Below, in pieces: positions 8,079-16,050 of a DNA stretch of 20,000 nt. Source of the DNA: an uncultured virus (IMG/VR IMGVR_UViG_3300033463_000096) (taxonomy: Duplodnaviria; Heunggongvirae; Uroviricota; Caudoviricetes); the IMG/VR virus record IMGVR_UViG_3300033463_000096, positions 51,834-71,833 of that record; one strand, given 5' to 3'. Every line of letters starts with the position of its first letter. Position 1 is the stretch's first letter. The notes below the pieces were generated by a model that saw only the letters and a program-made list of their open reading frames with translations, was not told the origin of the DNA and ran no database searches. The translations under genes were made by a program, and so were the position numbers.

Positions 8079-8094
8079 CTGTAGAGGTATTTTA

Positions 8095-9339
8095 ATGAAA
8101 GACATTGACGAAGGCTACATGGAAGGCGATTTCAACCGCTGGGACCGTAGAAAGATTGAAAAAGGTATTGCCCCGTCATGGGCAAAAAAAGTGACGATTA
8201 TGGGTCCTAGACCTAAGAAACCGCAAACAAGCTCTTCTCCATCTGAACTTGCTATGCGCCGCGTCACTGAACCGAATTATCGCCCAGCTTTTTCCGAAAC
8301 AGATTTGAAGGCAGCACGAGAAGGCGAAGAAACAATGAACGCCCGTATTGCTGACCGTATTCAGAAGGCATTTGACGAATTTCATGTCGGCTGTTCTGCT
8401 GACTGCATTTCAGTCAATACACCTACCGTAAGGTTTATGATTTATCCTTACGGCTTTGTTTATAAAGTAAAAACAATTTACAGTGCCACACGCAAAGAAA
8501 TGACTGATTGTGAATCTTTGTATGAGGTCATTGAGTTAATCAAACAAAAGAGCCAAACAGTTGGAGAATCTATGGAAATTGAACATGCATTGAAATTGCT
8601 TGAAAGCGTGGGCGCCAAGGTTTTGAAAGAAGATACCGATGATTGGGATGTTGCTGATATGCCTGCCGGCTTGACACACGCTCAGCGTCAGAAATGGGCA
8701 AAGCGCCACAACGCCGCTACCGATAAAGACTTTGAAAGACGAGCAAGAAATTGGGACCAAGTTCACAAAGCAGAAGATGAATATCAAAAGGAATTCGGTG
8801 CTGGTGAACCAATTGAATACTGGAAGGCTGAAGACGGCCAGGAAGGCCGAGTAGTTGGTTCTAAGGCTGAATACGCAAAGGCATTTAACCAGTCACCTGA
8901 AAATGACGAAAAGGTTAAAGCAATTTTTGATGGCCTAGTTGAATTGGGCTGGAAATACGTCGGAACATGGATGGGACAGGAATTGCCTAAGGGTTATGGT
9001 GACCCTGCATTTTCGTCACCTAATGAACGCTTCTTCGTGTTCAAGAAACCAGGCAAGTTCAAGACTGGATATAAGGCTGGCAAGAAAGGACACATTGAAG
9101 ACTATGTGATTGGCTTCGCTGTGCCGCCGCAATACAATAAGCCAGGACAAAAGAAATTGTCAGTCAGCTACTTTGACGCTACAAGAGATGGCGGCGGAGA
9201 CGCTTCTTCACCTAAAGAATTTGTTAAAGAAGTTGAAAGACATTACCAATTCTACATTAAGGACCACAAGAAATTCTATCGTGGTGCCGGCAAGCCGGAT
9301 TACGAAGAAATGGCAGCATTAGCTTATGAGGGCAGATAA
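8095..9339 (+). CDS. Hypothetical protein (414 aa) with an internal copy of the shared leader at Met160
   Basis: GAGG RBS and late promoter upstream. Internal GES-MEIEHALKLLESVGAKVLKEDTDD begins at 8572, with GGAG just upstream. Confidence 0.75.
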   Translation: MKDIDEGYMEGDFNRWDRRKIEKGIAPSWAKKVTIMGPRPKKPQTSSSPSELAMRRVTEPNYRPAFSETDLKAAREGEETMNARIADRIQKAFDEFHVGCSADCISVNTPTVRFMIYPYGFVYKVKTIYSATRKEMTDCESLYEVIELIKQKSQTVGESMEIEHALKLLESVGAKVLKEDTDDWDVADMPAGLTHAQRQKWAKRHNAATDKDFERRARNWDQVHKAEDEYQKEFGAGEPIEYWKAEDGQEGRVVGSKAEYAKAFNQSPENDEKVKAIFDGLVELGWKYVGTWMGQELPKGYGDPAFSSPNERFFVFKKPGKFKTGYKAGKKGHIEDYVIGFAVPPQYNKPGQKKLSVSYFDATRDGGGDASSPKEFVKEVERHYQFYIKDHKKFYRGAGKPDYEEMAALAYEGR

Positions 9340-9340
9340 A

Positions 9341-9922
9341 ATGAAATTAGACGAAGCATTGGATAAATTAAGAGCAGCAGGTGCTCAATTTATTAAAGAA
9401 GACACCGACACCCACGATGATGAAGAGTTTCCTCTTAATCTGAGAAGACATAACATTTTCAAGGGCGCCAGAGACAGAGCATTGACAGACAAGGAAGATA
9501 AAGAAGTTGATGCTATTGATAGAAAGCTGAGCAAGATACCGGACCACGACAGCGTCTGGCGGAAAAAGATAAATGCAGGTATCTGGGCTATCAAGCTAGT
9601 TGTTTCAACTGATGCGTATGACGAAGAAAAAGACGAATACGTTGATGACTATACGCTTGGCTATCTTAAGCCGGATGGCACAGTCGCTAAAACATACGGT
9701 AATGACTGTATGTTGAATTATCGTCAGTGTCAAGACTTGATGGACAAATATGCAAGATACAATGACGGACCAGCAAAGCCCGGATTTGAAAAGGCATTGA
9801 AACAGAAGTTCAAGATTACCGATAAAAAGGCAACAATCTTCTTGTCACCGGGAACCATCAAGCGCGGTAAGTTCCATCTGTTCAACATGGATGACAACTG
9901 GGCAGATGCAGAAGACATTTAA
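9341..9922 (+). CDS. Hypothetical protein with shared leader MKLDEALDKLRAAGAQFIKE (putative head-internal protein)
   Basis: Start re-assigned from 9326 to ATG 9341, which follows the upstream stop and begins the shared leader. Confidence 0.75.
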   Translation: MKLDEALDKLRAAGAQFIKEDTDTHDDEEFPLNLRRHNIFKGARDRALTDKEDKEVDAIDRKLSKIPDHDSVWRKKINAGIWAIKLVVSTDAYDEEKDEYVDDYTLGYLKPDGTVAKTYGNDCMLNYRQCQDLMDKYARYNDGPAKPGFEKALKQKFKITDKKATIFLSPGTIKRGKFHLFNMDDNWADAEDI

Positions 9923-9961
9923 CTCCCAGCCGAAATAATCGGACACGTTTCATACTAAAAA

Positions 9962-9990
9962 GGAGCCCATTTTCATGGGCTCCAATTTTT
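9962..9990 (+). terminator. Intrinsic terminator
   Basis: GGAGCCCAT-tttc-ATGGGCTCC followed by AATTTTTGTTTT. An A-run upstream makes it possibly bidirectional. Confidence 0.75.
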
Positions 9991-10147
9991 GTTTTCAAAA
10001 CCGGCTTTTTCGCCGCAAACTGACAAATTTTCTATCTTAAATTTATGAAATTTGGGCAGTTTTATTACAGTTTTGAGCAGAGTTCTTGTTTATTTGTGAT
10101 AAATTACCTAAAAATTAGTAATTATACAGATTATGCAAAAATTACAG

Positions 10148-10174
10148 AAAAAGGCGGGATTTCTCCCGCCTTTT
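10148..10174 (-). terminator. Intrinsic, bidirectional-type terminator
   Basis: AAAAGGCGGGA-tttc-TCCCGCCTTTT immediately after the stop of 10178..11092. Confidence 0.8.
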
Positions 10175-10177
10175 ATT

Positions 10178-11092
10178 TTATTCACTTCTTGGCTTCAAAT
10201 CATTGTATCGGAAGACGCAGTGCTTCTGAGCATATTCCCTTGCATTCTGTTGTGCAGCAGCTCGTGTAAGCATCAGTTTCGCAAATTCACAGATTTCTTC
10301 GGTTGAATTGGCATAAACATATTGTCCGCCTAAACCGAGTTCCTGTTCAGTTTCGTAACTGACTTCAATGCGGTGCAGGATGTTATCCTTAACTCCGCCT
10401 TCAGCGATAGTAAATGCCTTTGCCCAACGCTTCATTCCGTTTTTATCGTTATAGGCAACGAACACATGATAGAATGTATGCCAGCGAACAATACGGTCAG
10501 CAATGCGTTCCATCTTAATGTTAAATTCTTCACCTGTTTCAGTAAGGATTTCCTGTATCTTTTCAATCGGCAAACCTAACTTACTTTCAAGTTTGATGAG
10601 CTGCTTCTTAACAGACTTTTCTCTCTTACGAAGACGCTTGACTTCATTAAGTGTCAATTCTTTCAGTTCTTCCATTGAATGTTCATGGTCTCTGTCGCCG
10701 TAAATCTTGTTGGCGATAGGACGAACATCAACTCGCTGATACTGCCAAAATTCATTTGGCAATCCGCCATAGTCAAGCCAAGCAATCGGAGAATGCATGT
10801 GCTTAGCTCCAAGGTTCGCTTTATCAGCAGCAATCTCAAGACCTTTCTCATAAGCGTTTTTCCACTTCCAGACATAAACATCGGAAAATGCAACACGGTC
10901 AGGTTTGAAGGAATTAGCGTTGGTATGAAATTCAAACACAATGCCGTCATCTCTGCCATCTGGGAAGAAAACGAACATTCTCTTCGTATCTTCACCGCTG
11001 CACCATCTTGGGCGCTCTTGATAACAAGCAAAGTATGGAATTTGGTTTTCGTCACACCAGTTAGCAATTTCTAAAGCAGTTAAATCAATCAT
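10178..11092 (-). CDS. Hypothetical protein (304 aa)
   Basis: Long ORF with GAGGA RBS, its own candidate promoter and a terminator. No family recognised. Confidence 0.75.
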   Translation of the reverse strand: MIDLTALEIANWCDENQIPYFACYQERPRWCSGEDTKRMFVFFPDGRDDGIVFEFHTNANSFKPDRVAFSDVYVWKWKNAYEKGLEIAADKANLGAKHMHSPIAWLDYGGLPNEFWQYQRVDVRPIANKIYGDRDHEHSMEELKELTLNEVKRLRKREKSVKKQLIKLESKLGLPIEKIQEILTETGEEFNIKMERIADRIVRWHTFYHVFVAYNDKNGMKRWAKAFTIAEGGVKDNILHRIEVSYETEQELGLGGQYVYANSTEEICEFAKLMLTRAAAQQNAREYAQKHCVFRYNDLKPRSE

Positions 11093-11110
11093 TTCAAATC
11101 CTCTGTTATA

Positions 11111-11139
11111 AAATTAAAAAATGGGGCGCCGTTTGGCAA
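11111..11139 (-). promoter_or_regulatory. Putative sigma70-type promoter overlapping a terminator hairpin
   Basis: TTGCCA (11139-11134), 17 nt spacer, TAATTT (11116-11111). Confidence 0.45.
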
Positions 11140-11143
11140 CCCC
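11116..11143 (-). terminator. Intrinsic terminator after the cadherin gene
   Basis: Minus strand reads GGGGTTGCC-aaac-GGCGCCCC-ATTTTTT. Confidence 0.65.
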
Positions 11144-11162
11144 TTTTGAAATAATTTATTCT

Positions 11163-14100
11163 TTATTTAGTTGGTCGTTTATAACCGAAGATGGTCATGT
11201 CTTCTTCCTTCTTAACCGTCTTATCGCCTTTTCGTTGCTCCTTATAGTCACAGCGATGTTTTGCTATTGACTTGGAGAAGAGCTTGGTGATATAAGAACT
11301 GGTTCCGAGCGAGTGACCATTCTTAGCCTTAACATTGCCATCTCTATCTGTCAAGTAGTCAACCACCATTGTCACGGTTCCCGCAGATGTAGCCTCGTCT
11401 TCGTCGTTCAGTGTGTATTCAACAACGAAATCATTTACATAGTTCGCTTGTGTTGTGTAAACCCACAAGTGCATGTTATAGGTCACATCATACAATGGAA
11501 TGTTCAATCCATGCTTCTGATAGTCCTTCTTGAATTCTTCAGTGCAGTGTTCGTCAACATATTGGTCAACAGGTATACCCTTTGTTGAAGCTCCGACAAT
11601 GTTGCCTTTATCATCAATCGGTATCATTCCGTTCTTGACGATATCATCAAGCGTTGCCAAACCACCCGTTGGTGATACTGAAGGCAAAGCAATGTCAACC
11701 TTAAATCCGATACCGACCGGGTCAGGTTTATCATCGCCCTTCAAAGTAGTCACCGTATAAGGCTTCTTCGGGTTATACTTGTTGTCGGCATAGAAGGAGT
11801 CAACCTTATCTTGATTTACCTTCGTCACTGGGTTGACGATGTTTATCTCAATATCCTTTGCTTCCTTCATGATTACCATTACTGTATCAGCAGCAACATT
11901 GCCAGCCTTGTCAACATATCTACGGATAACATAATTGACGCCTTTTTCAAGTCTCTGCAATGTCAAGGTATCTTGCTTAACTCCGTTGACTGTCCATTCC
12001 ACAGGAATAGCATTTCGGTTGAATGCCTCGCCGCCGTAAGGTGACAAGATTTCAAGTGAAGGCGGAATATCGTCAAAGATTATGTCAACCTTTGAAGATG
12101 CCTTATTGCCGAAATCATCTATGTAGTCGTAAGTGACGGTGTAAGCAATGTTGCCTTCCTTGTTCTTTGCGATTTTCTTGTTGTCATCTAAGAAGTAAGA
12201 TACCGTTGTGCAAGAGTCAATTGAGTATGAAACCTTATAGTCAGAAATACGCTGACCTGTTAGGTTGTCAACCTTGTATGAAATAACGATATCTTTACCA
12301 TCTTGCTTAACCGTGTATGTGACAGTCTGGGTTGTGTCAATAGGATTACCCTTCTTATCAACAACTTGGGTCAAGGTGATGACAACGCCGTTGTCTGTTA
12401 TAACTTCCTTCTTTTCAAATTTACCGTTGCCGATAGATGTGGTTGTTGCCAAGCTTTCGTCAATCAAGTATGAATAGTCCTTGATGTTTTTAGTACTTAC
12501 ATGAACTGTATCTAGCTTGACATCAATTGGGAAGGTTTTTGTTGTTTTGTGAACTGTGTCCTTCACAGTCACGACCAACTGATTATCCTTCTTGTTCACA
12601 TATATCTTATCGTCCTTTGTTTCCTCAATGGTAATGTAGTCAATCAAAGCGTCAGTGCTCTTTGCATTGGTCAATGTCACTACCGGAGGAGCATCATTGA
12701 ACAGAACGACAATTGAGTCACAAACGGTCTTCTTATCATTACATACCTTAATGACTGTGTCCTTCTTGATATGAGGTGTCTCGATGTGACCATTACATGT
12801 GTCACCTTCGCATACCTGCCATTCAAAACGGTGGTCAGGATCATTGGTCTTTACGGTATCCTTTGGCTTTTCGTCGTCCCACTTTGTAATCTCGACTGTT
12901 TCAGGTTCATCAAGTACCCTGATTATGATAGTTGCGGTATCTGCAAATTCACCGTCTGTGACGATAACCTTTACAGTGTCCTTTGTTTTCTTCTCATAGT
13001 CAATTGGGTTCTTAATTGTGATAACGCCTGTTGAGTCTATAGAATAATTTGTGGTGTCGGTGATAATGAATTTCGGAGGTGTCTTATCCTCGTCAGTTCC
13101 AGTCACCTTACAGACCTTGCCGGTGTAATTCTCCTTTACAGAACATGTGGTATCTTTTGTATGCACAGGTTCATTAATGTCAGTGACCTTCACGACATAA
13201 ATCGCTGTATCTGCACCTCCATTAGGATCCTTGGCAATAACCGTAATCTTAACTTCTGGTGTTGTTTCAAAATCAAGCGGTTCAGTCAATTTCAACACGC
13301 CGTTACTGTCAATCGCAAAGCCAGGCTGAATTACATCATACTTGATTGGGTCCTTGTCTGGGTCAATCGCTGTAATGATGCCTACAATGCAGCTCTTACA
13401 ATTTTCAGGAACAGTGAGCGAGTCATTTGGTTGTAGTTTCGGGTCTTCATTGACATTGTTCACCTTGATGATAACCTTTGCCGAATCTTTGAAGGTTCCA
13501 TCTGTCACATAAACCGTGACAGTATCTGCCTTCTTCGTTTCGTAATCAAAAGGTGTCACCAGGGTAAGTTTCCCAGTGCTATCGATGCGATAATCATCAG
13601 TATTGCTGACAGTAAATTTAATAGGGTCTCCATCTTCGTCCTCCGCTATTACTTTACCTAAATCGCCGACCTTTCCTTCATCAACGCTGAAGGTTGTGTC
13701 CCTTACATGAACAGGCTCATTAACATTCAATACCTTGATGACGAAGCTAGTATCCTTTTTAGAACCATCTGTTGATGTTGCTGTCACCTTAACAGGATAT
13801 GATGTTTTGGTTTCATAATCAAGCAATGTGTTAGTTGTGATTACGCCAGTGACCGGGTCAATCTTGAAATCTGTTGTGTTAATGGTGTAAGTTACCGCGG
13901 TGCTGTCGGCATCTACACCCGTAATGACGCCAATAGGTGTTCCAAGTTCTGAGTTTTCATAAACTGGGTCAACCTTACCTGTGACCGTAATCGGTTCATC
14001 AATGTTTGTGATCTTGATGGTATAATTAGCGCTGTCCGCAAATTCACCATCTTCAACCTTAATCTTTACAACATATATGGTATCTTCGGTTTCGTAGTCA

Positions 14101-15641
14101 AACACATGATTTGTCTTAATCACGCCGTCCACAACAGTGAACAATCCGCTAGGATCTTCAATGCTCCAGATAAGCGGTGCGAGGCCATCATCTGTATATT
14201 TGATATTGCCTACAATGCCGGTTCCAGGAGGAATACGCAATTCTTCTTGATATGTCTTAATTGTATCTGTCTTGTCAAGGACCACCGATGTGTTCTTTGC
14301 AGCCTCAGCATCAATGATCTTGATTTTCAACTCACCTGATGTTTCGCCGTTTGGCAAGACCGCACCTGTAATGCTATCAATGTGCATAATCAGATAGTCA
14401 TTTGGTTCAACAATCGTATCCTTCTTTACATTGACCTTAATTGTGTCAATAGGTGCCTTTCCGCCGATAGGAATTTTCGTTGTGATAGCAGTATCACCAC
14501 AAATCGGTATGAATGGCGGCTGGTTAAAGTCTTCAATAGTGACGCCGTCCTTCAGGTCAAAGCAGTATGTAAAGAATACATCAATCGTTGATGTATCGCT
14601 TAACTGAATAGGAATAATTACGGTGCTATCATTTTCTCTCAAACCACCCTGCTTATTCAATTCTGGGAAGTCAAGAGTATCGGGGTCATACTTCACGAAG
14701 TGGAAATTCTCACCCTTGAAGTCATCACCGATTTCAAGCTGGTTAGCAAGCAACTGACCTGAGAAGTCAAGGTTACATTTTAGGTAAATCTTTGAGGTTG
14801 TGATATATGAGCCTTGGATAGGCACATTGTCAGTGTTATCAAAGATGATGTCCTTGTTTGAATAGATAAGCACATTACCGCGGTATTTGCTCTGCGGCAA
14901 AACGGAGTCTCCAAGAATAACGCTTATTGTGGTATGGTTACCGATGAACAATGAGTCAACGAAAATTCTTGTTAGACGGTTCTTCTCCATCTGAATGTAA
15001 ATCTTACATCCGTTCTTACCACCAACGCATGTATGAATGTTCTTAAAGTAAAGGTCATATTGTCCTTCACCTTCTGGAACATGAATGGTATCGGCTTGGT
15101 TATTTTCAGTCAAGATAATGTCTTCTTGATAACCGTCTGCAGGCCAGACGATAGTAGGCATCTTCAATGTGACCGGAGCAGGAGGAACGGAGTCGCAAGA
15201 CAAGGTTCCTTCACCTCTGTTAATACCTGTGGTTATCTGTCCAGTCGGAGCATTAGCCAAACAGATCTTGCCAGCGAACAGAGCTTCGCCGTTATCGTTT
15301 CCTGTTGTCAGTGACTTAGCACGAATAGGTCCAGTTGTGAACTTACATCCATCACCCAATGTGATGGTGCTATCCGTAAGCACGGGACCACCAAGGCTGA
15401 TTTGTTCAGCAGATGTAATCGGTCCGCTTGAACCGTTCCATCCCGACTTATCAGGAATGATGACACGGCGACCCATCTTGATATAGTCCGTGCCATATAG
15501 CTTGTATTGAAGCATGTAGTCAAATTCCGCCTGTTGAGAGACAGTGTCAGTGGCTACATTTTCAAATGTGAATGGTCTGTAGTCAGCCGCACCTGCGCCT
15601 GCTATCAAAACCGCCATTATGTAGAATAAGATTTTCTTCAT
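11163..15641 (-). CDS. Large secreted cadherin-repeat protein (1492 aa), Fibrobacter-like surface protein
   Basis: Signal peptide MKKILFYIMAVLIAGAGA. A Calx-beta-like segment (VIIPIQLSDTSTIDV...VKKDTIVEPNDYL...IKIID), five cadherin repeats (D(Y/F)E motifs with N(I/V)(N/D)EP linkers), Ig-like segments (DDIPP...DKAGN) and a C-terminus ending FGYKRPTK. Confidence 0.85.
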   Translation of the reverse strand: MKKILFYIMAVLIAGAGAADYRPFTFENVATDTVSQQAEFDYMLQYKLYGTDYIKMGRRVIIPDKSGWNGSSGPITSAEQISLGGPVLTDSTITLGDGCKFTTGPIRAKSLTTGNDNGEALFAGKICLANAPTGQITTGINRGEGTLSCDSVPPAPVTLKMPTIVWPADGYQEDIILTENNQADTIHVPEGEGQYDLYFKNIHTCVGGKNGCKIYIQMEKNRLTRIFVDSLFIGNHTTISVILGDSVLPQSKYRGNVLIYSNKDIIFDNTDNVPIQGSYITTSKIYLKCNLDFSGQLLANQLEIGDDFKGENFHFVKYDPDTLDFPELNKQGGLRENDSTVIIPIQLSDTSTIDVFFTYCFDLKDGVTIEDFNQPPFIPICGDTAITTKIPIGGKAPIDTIKVNVKKDTIVEPNDYLIMHIDSITGAVLPNGETSGELKIKIIDAEAAKNTSVVLDKTDTIKTYQEELRIPPGTGIVGNIKYTDDGLAPLIWSIEDPSGLFTVVDGVIKTNHVFDYETEDTIYVVKIKVEDGEFADSANYTIKITNIDEPITVTGKVDPVYENSELGTPIGVITGVDADSTAVTYTINTTDFKIDPVTGVITTNTLLDYETKTSYPVKVTATSTDGSKKDTSFVIKVLNVNEPVHVRDTTFSVDEGKVGDLGKVIAEDEDGDPIKFTVSNTDDYRIDSTGKLTLVTPFDYETKKADTVTVYVTDGTFKDSAKVIIKVNNVNEDPKLQPNDSLTVPENCKSCIVGIITAIDPDKDPIKYDVIQPGFAIDSNGVLKLTEPLDFETTPEVKITVIAKDPNGGADTAIYVVKVTDINEPVHTKDTTCSVKENYTGKVCKVTGTDEDKTPPKFIITDTTNYSIDSTGVITIKNPIDYEKKTKDTVKVIVTDGEFADTATIIIRVLDEPETVEITKWDDEKPKDTVKTNDPDHRFEWQVCEGDTCNGHIETPHIKKDTVIKVCNDKKTVCDSIVVLFNDAPPVVTLTNAKSTDALIDYITIEETKDDKIYVNKKDNQLVVTVKDTVHKTTKTFPIDVKLDTVHVSTKNIKDYSYLIDESLATTTSIGNGKFEKKEVITDNGVVITLTQVVDKKGNPIDTTQTVTYTVKQDGKDIVISYKVDNLTGQRISDYKVSYSIDSCTTVSYFLDDNKKIAKNKEGNIAYTVTYDYIDDFGNKASSKVDIIFDDIPPSLEILSPYGGEAFNRNAIPVEWTVNGVKQDTLTLQRLEKGVNYVIRRYVDKAGNVAADTVMVIMKEAKDIEINIVNPVTKVNQDKVDSFYADNKYNPKKPYTVTTLKGDDKPDPVGIGFKVDIALPSVSPTGGLATLDDIVKNGMIPIDDKGNIVGASTKGIPVDQYVDEHCTEEFKKDYQKHGLNIPLYDVTYNMHLWVYTTQANYVNDFVVEYTLNDEDEATSAGTVTMVVDYLTDRDGNVKAKNGHSLGTSSYITKLFSKSIAKHRCDYKEQRKGDKTVKKEEDMTIFGYKRPTK
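12890..14280 (-). repeat. Five tandem cadherin-like repeats within the 1492 aa gene (bounds approximate)
   Basis: FDYETEDT..VEDG, LDYETKTS..STDG, FDYETKKAD..VTDG, LDFETTPE..DPNG and IDYEKKTKD..VTDG, spaced roughly 90 aa apart. Confidence 0.8.
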
Positions 15642-15660
15642 TTATCATTACCTTCTTTGA

Positions 15661-15668
15661 TATTTATT
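15661..15668 (-). promoter_or_regulatory. Putative late promoter box (AATAAATA) upstream of the cadherin gene
   Basis: Intergenic, 20 nt upstream of ATG 15641, with an AAGG RBS between. Confidence 0.45.
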
Positions 15669-15670
15669 CG

Positions 15671-15919
15671 TTACTTTTTCGCATCTGGACCTTTTTTAAT
15701 GTTTGGCGGTTCATGCGGATAATACATGTCATACTCGTCCTCTTGCTTGCCAAACAATTCAGCCAGAAAATCCCATATAAAGAAAAGCGCTGCTATACCC
15801 AAAACAACCGCAACCACAGCGATGCCGGCAACACACGCAAGCGTTTCCATTGATGTGACGAATGCAGCTCCGTTTCCCGCATTGGCTGCTGCATTTAAGA
15901 TTAACATAGTTTCATTCAT
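15671..15919 (-). CDS. Small single-pass membrane protein (82 aa)
   Basis: Hydrophobic stretch LACVAGIAVVAVVLGIAALFFIWDFL. GAGG RBS and a sigma70-like promoter upstream. Confidence 0.7.
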   Translation of the reverse strand: MNETMLILNAAANAGNGAAFVTSMETLACVAGIAVVAVVLGIAALFFIWDFLAELFGKQEDEYDMYYPHEPPNIKKGPDAKK

Positions 15920-15952
15920 TCATACCTCGCTGGGCTTTCAAGTTTGCGTAAT

Positions 15953-15981
15953 AAAATAATAACATTTGACGATAATGTAAA
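15953..15981 (-). promoter_or_regulatory. Putative sigma70-type (early) promoter
   Basis: TTTACA (15981-15976), 17 nt spacer, TATTTT (15958-15953), with an A-rich tract upstream. Confidence 0.6.
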
Positions 15982-16017
15982 TGGTTTTTTCAAATAAAGT
16001 TTCTAAAAGACAAGACT

Positions 16018-16044
16018 ATAAAAGAGCCCACCGAAATGGGCTCT
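16018..16044 (-). terminator. Intrinsic terminator after the xylanase gene
   Basis: Minus strand reads AGAGCCCA-tttcgg-TGGGCTCT-TTTA. Confidence 0.7.
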
Positions 16045-16050
16045 GGTATA

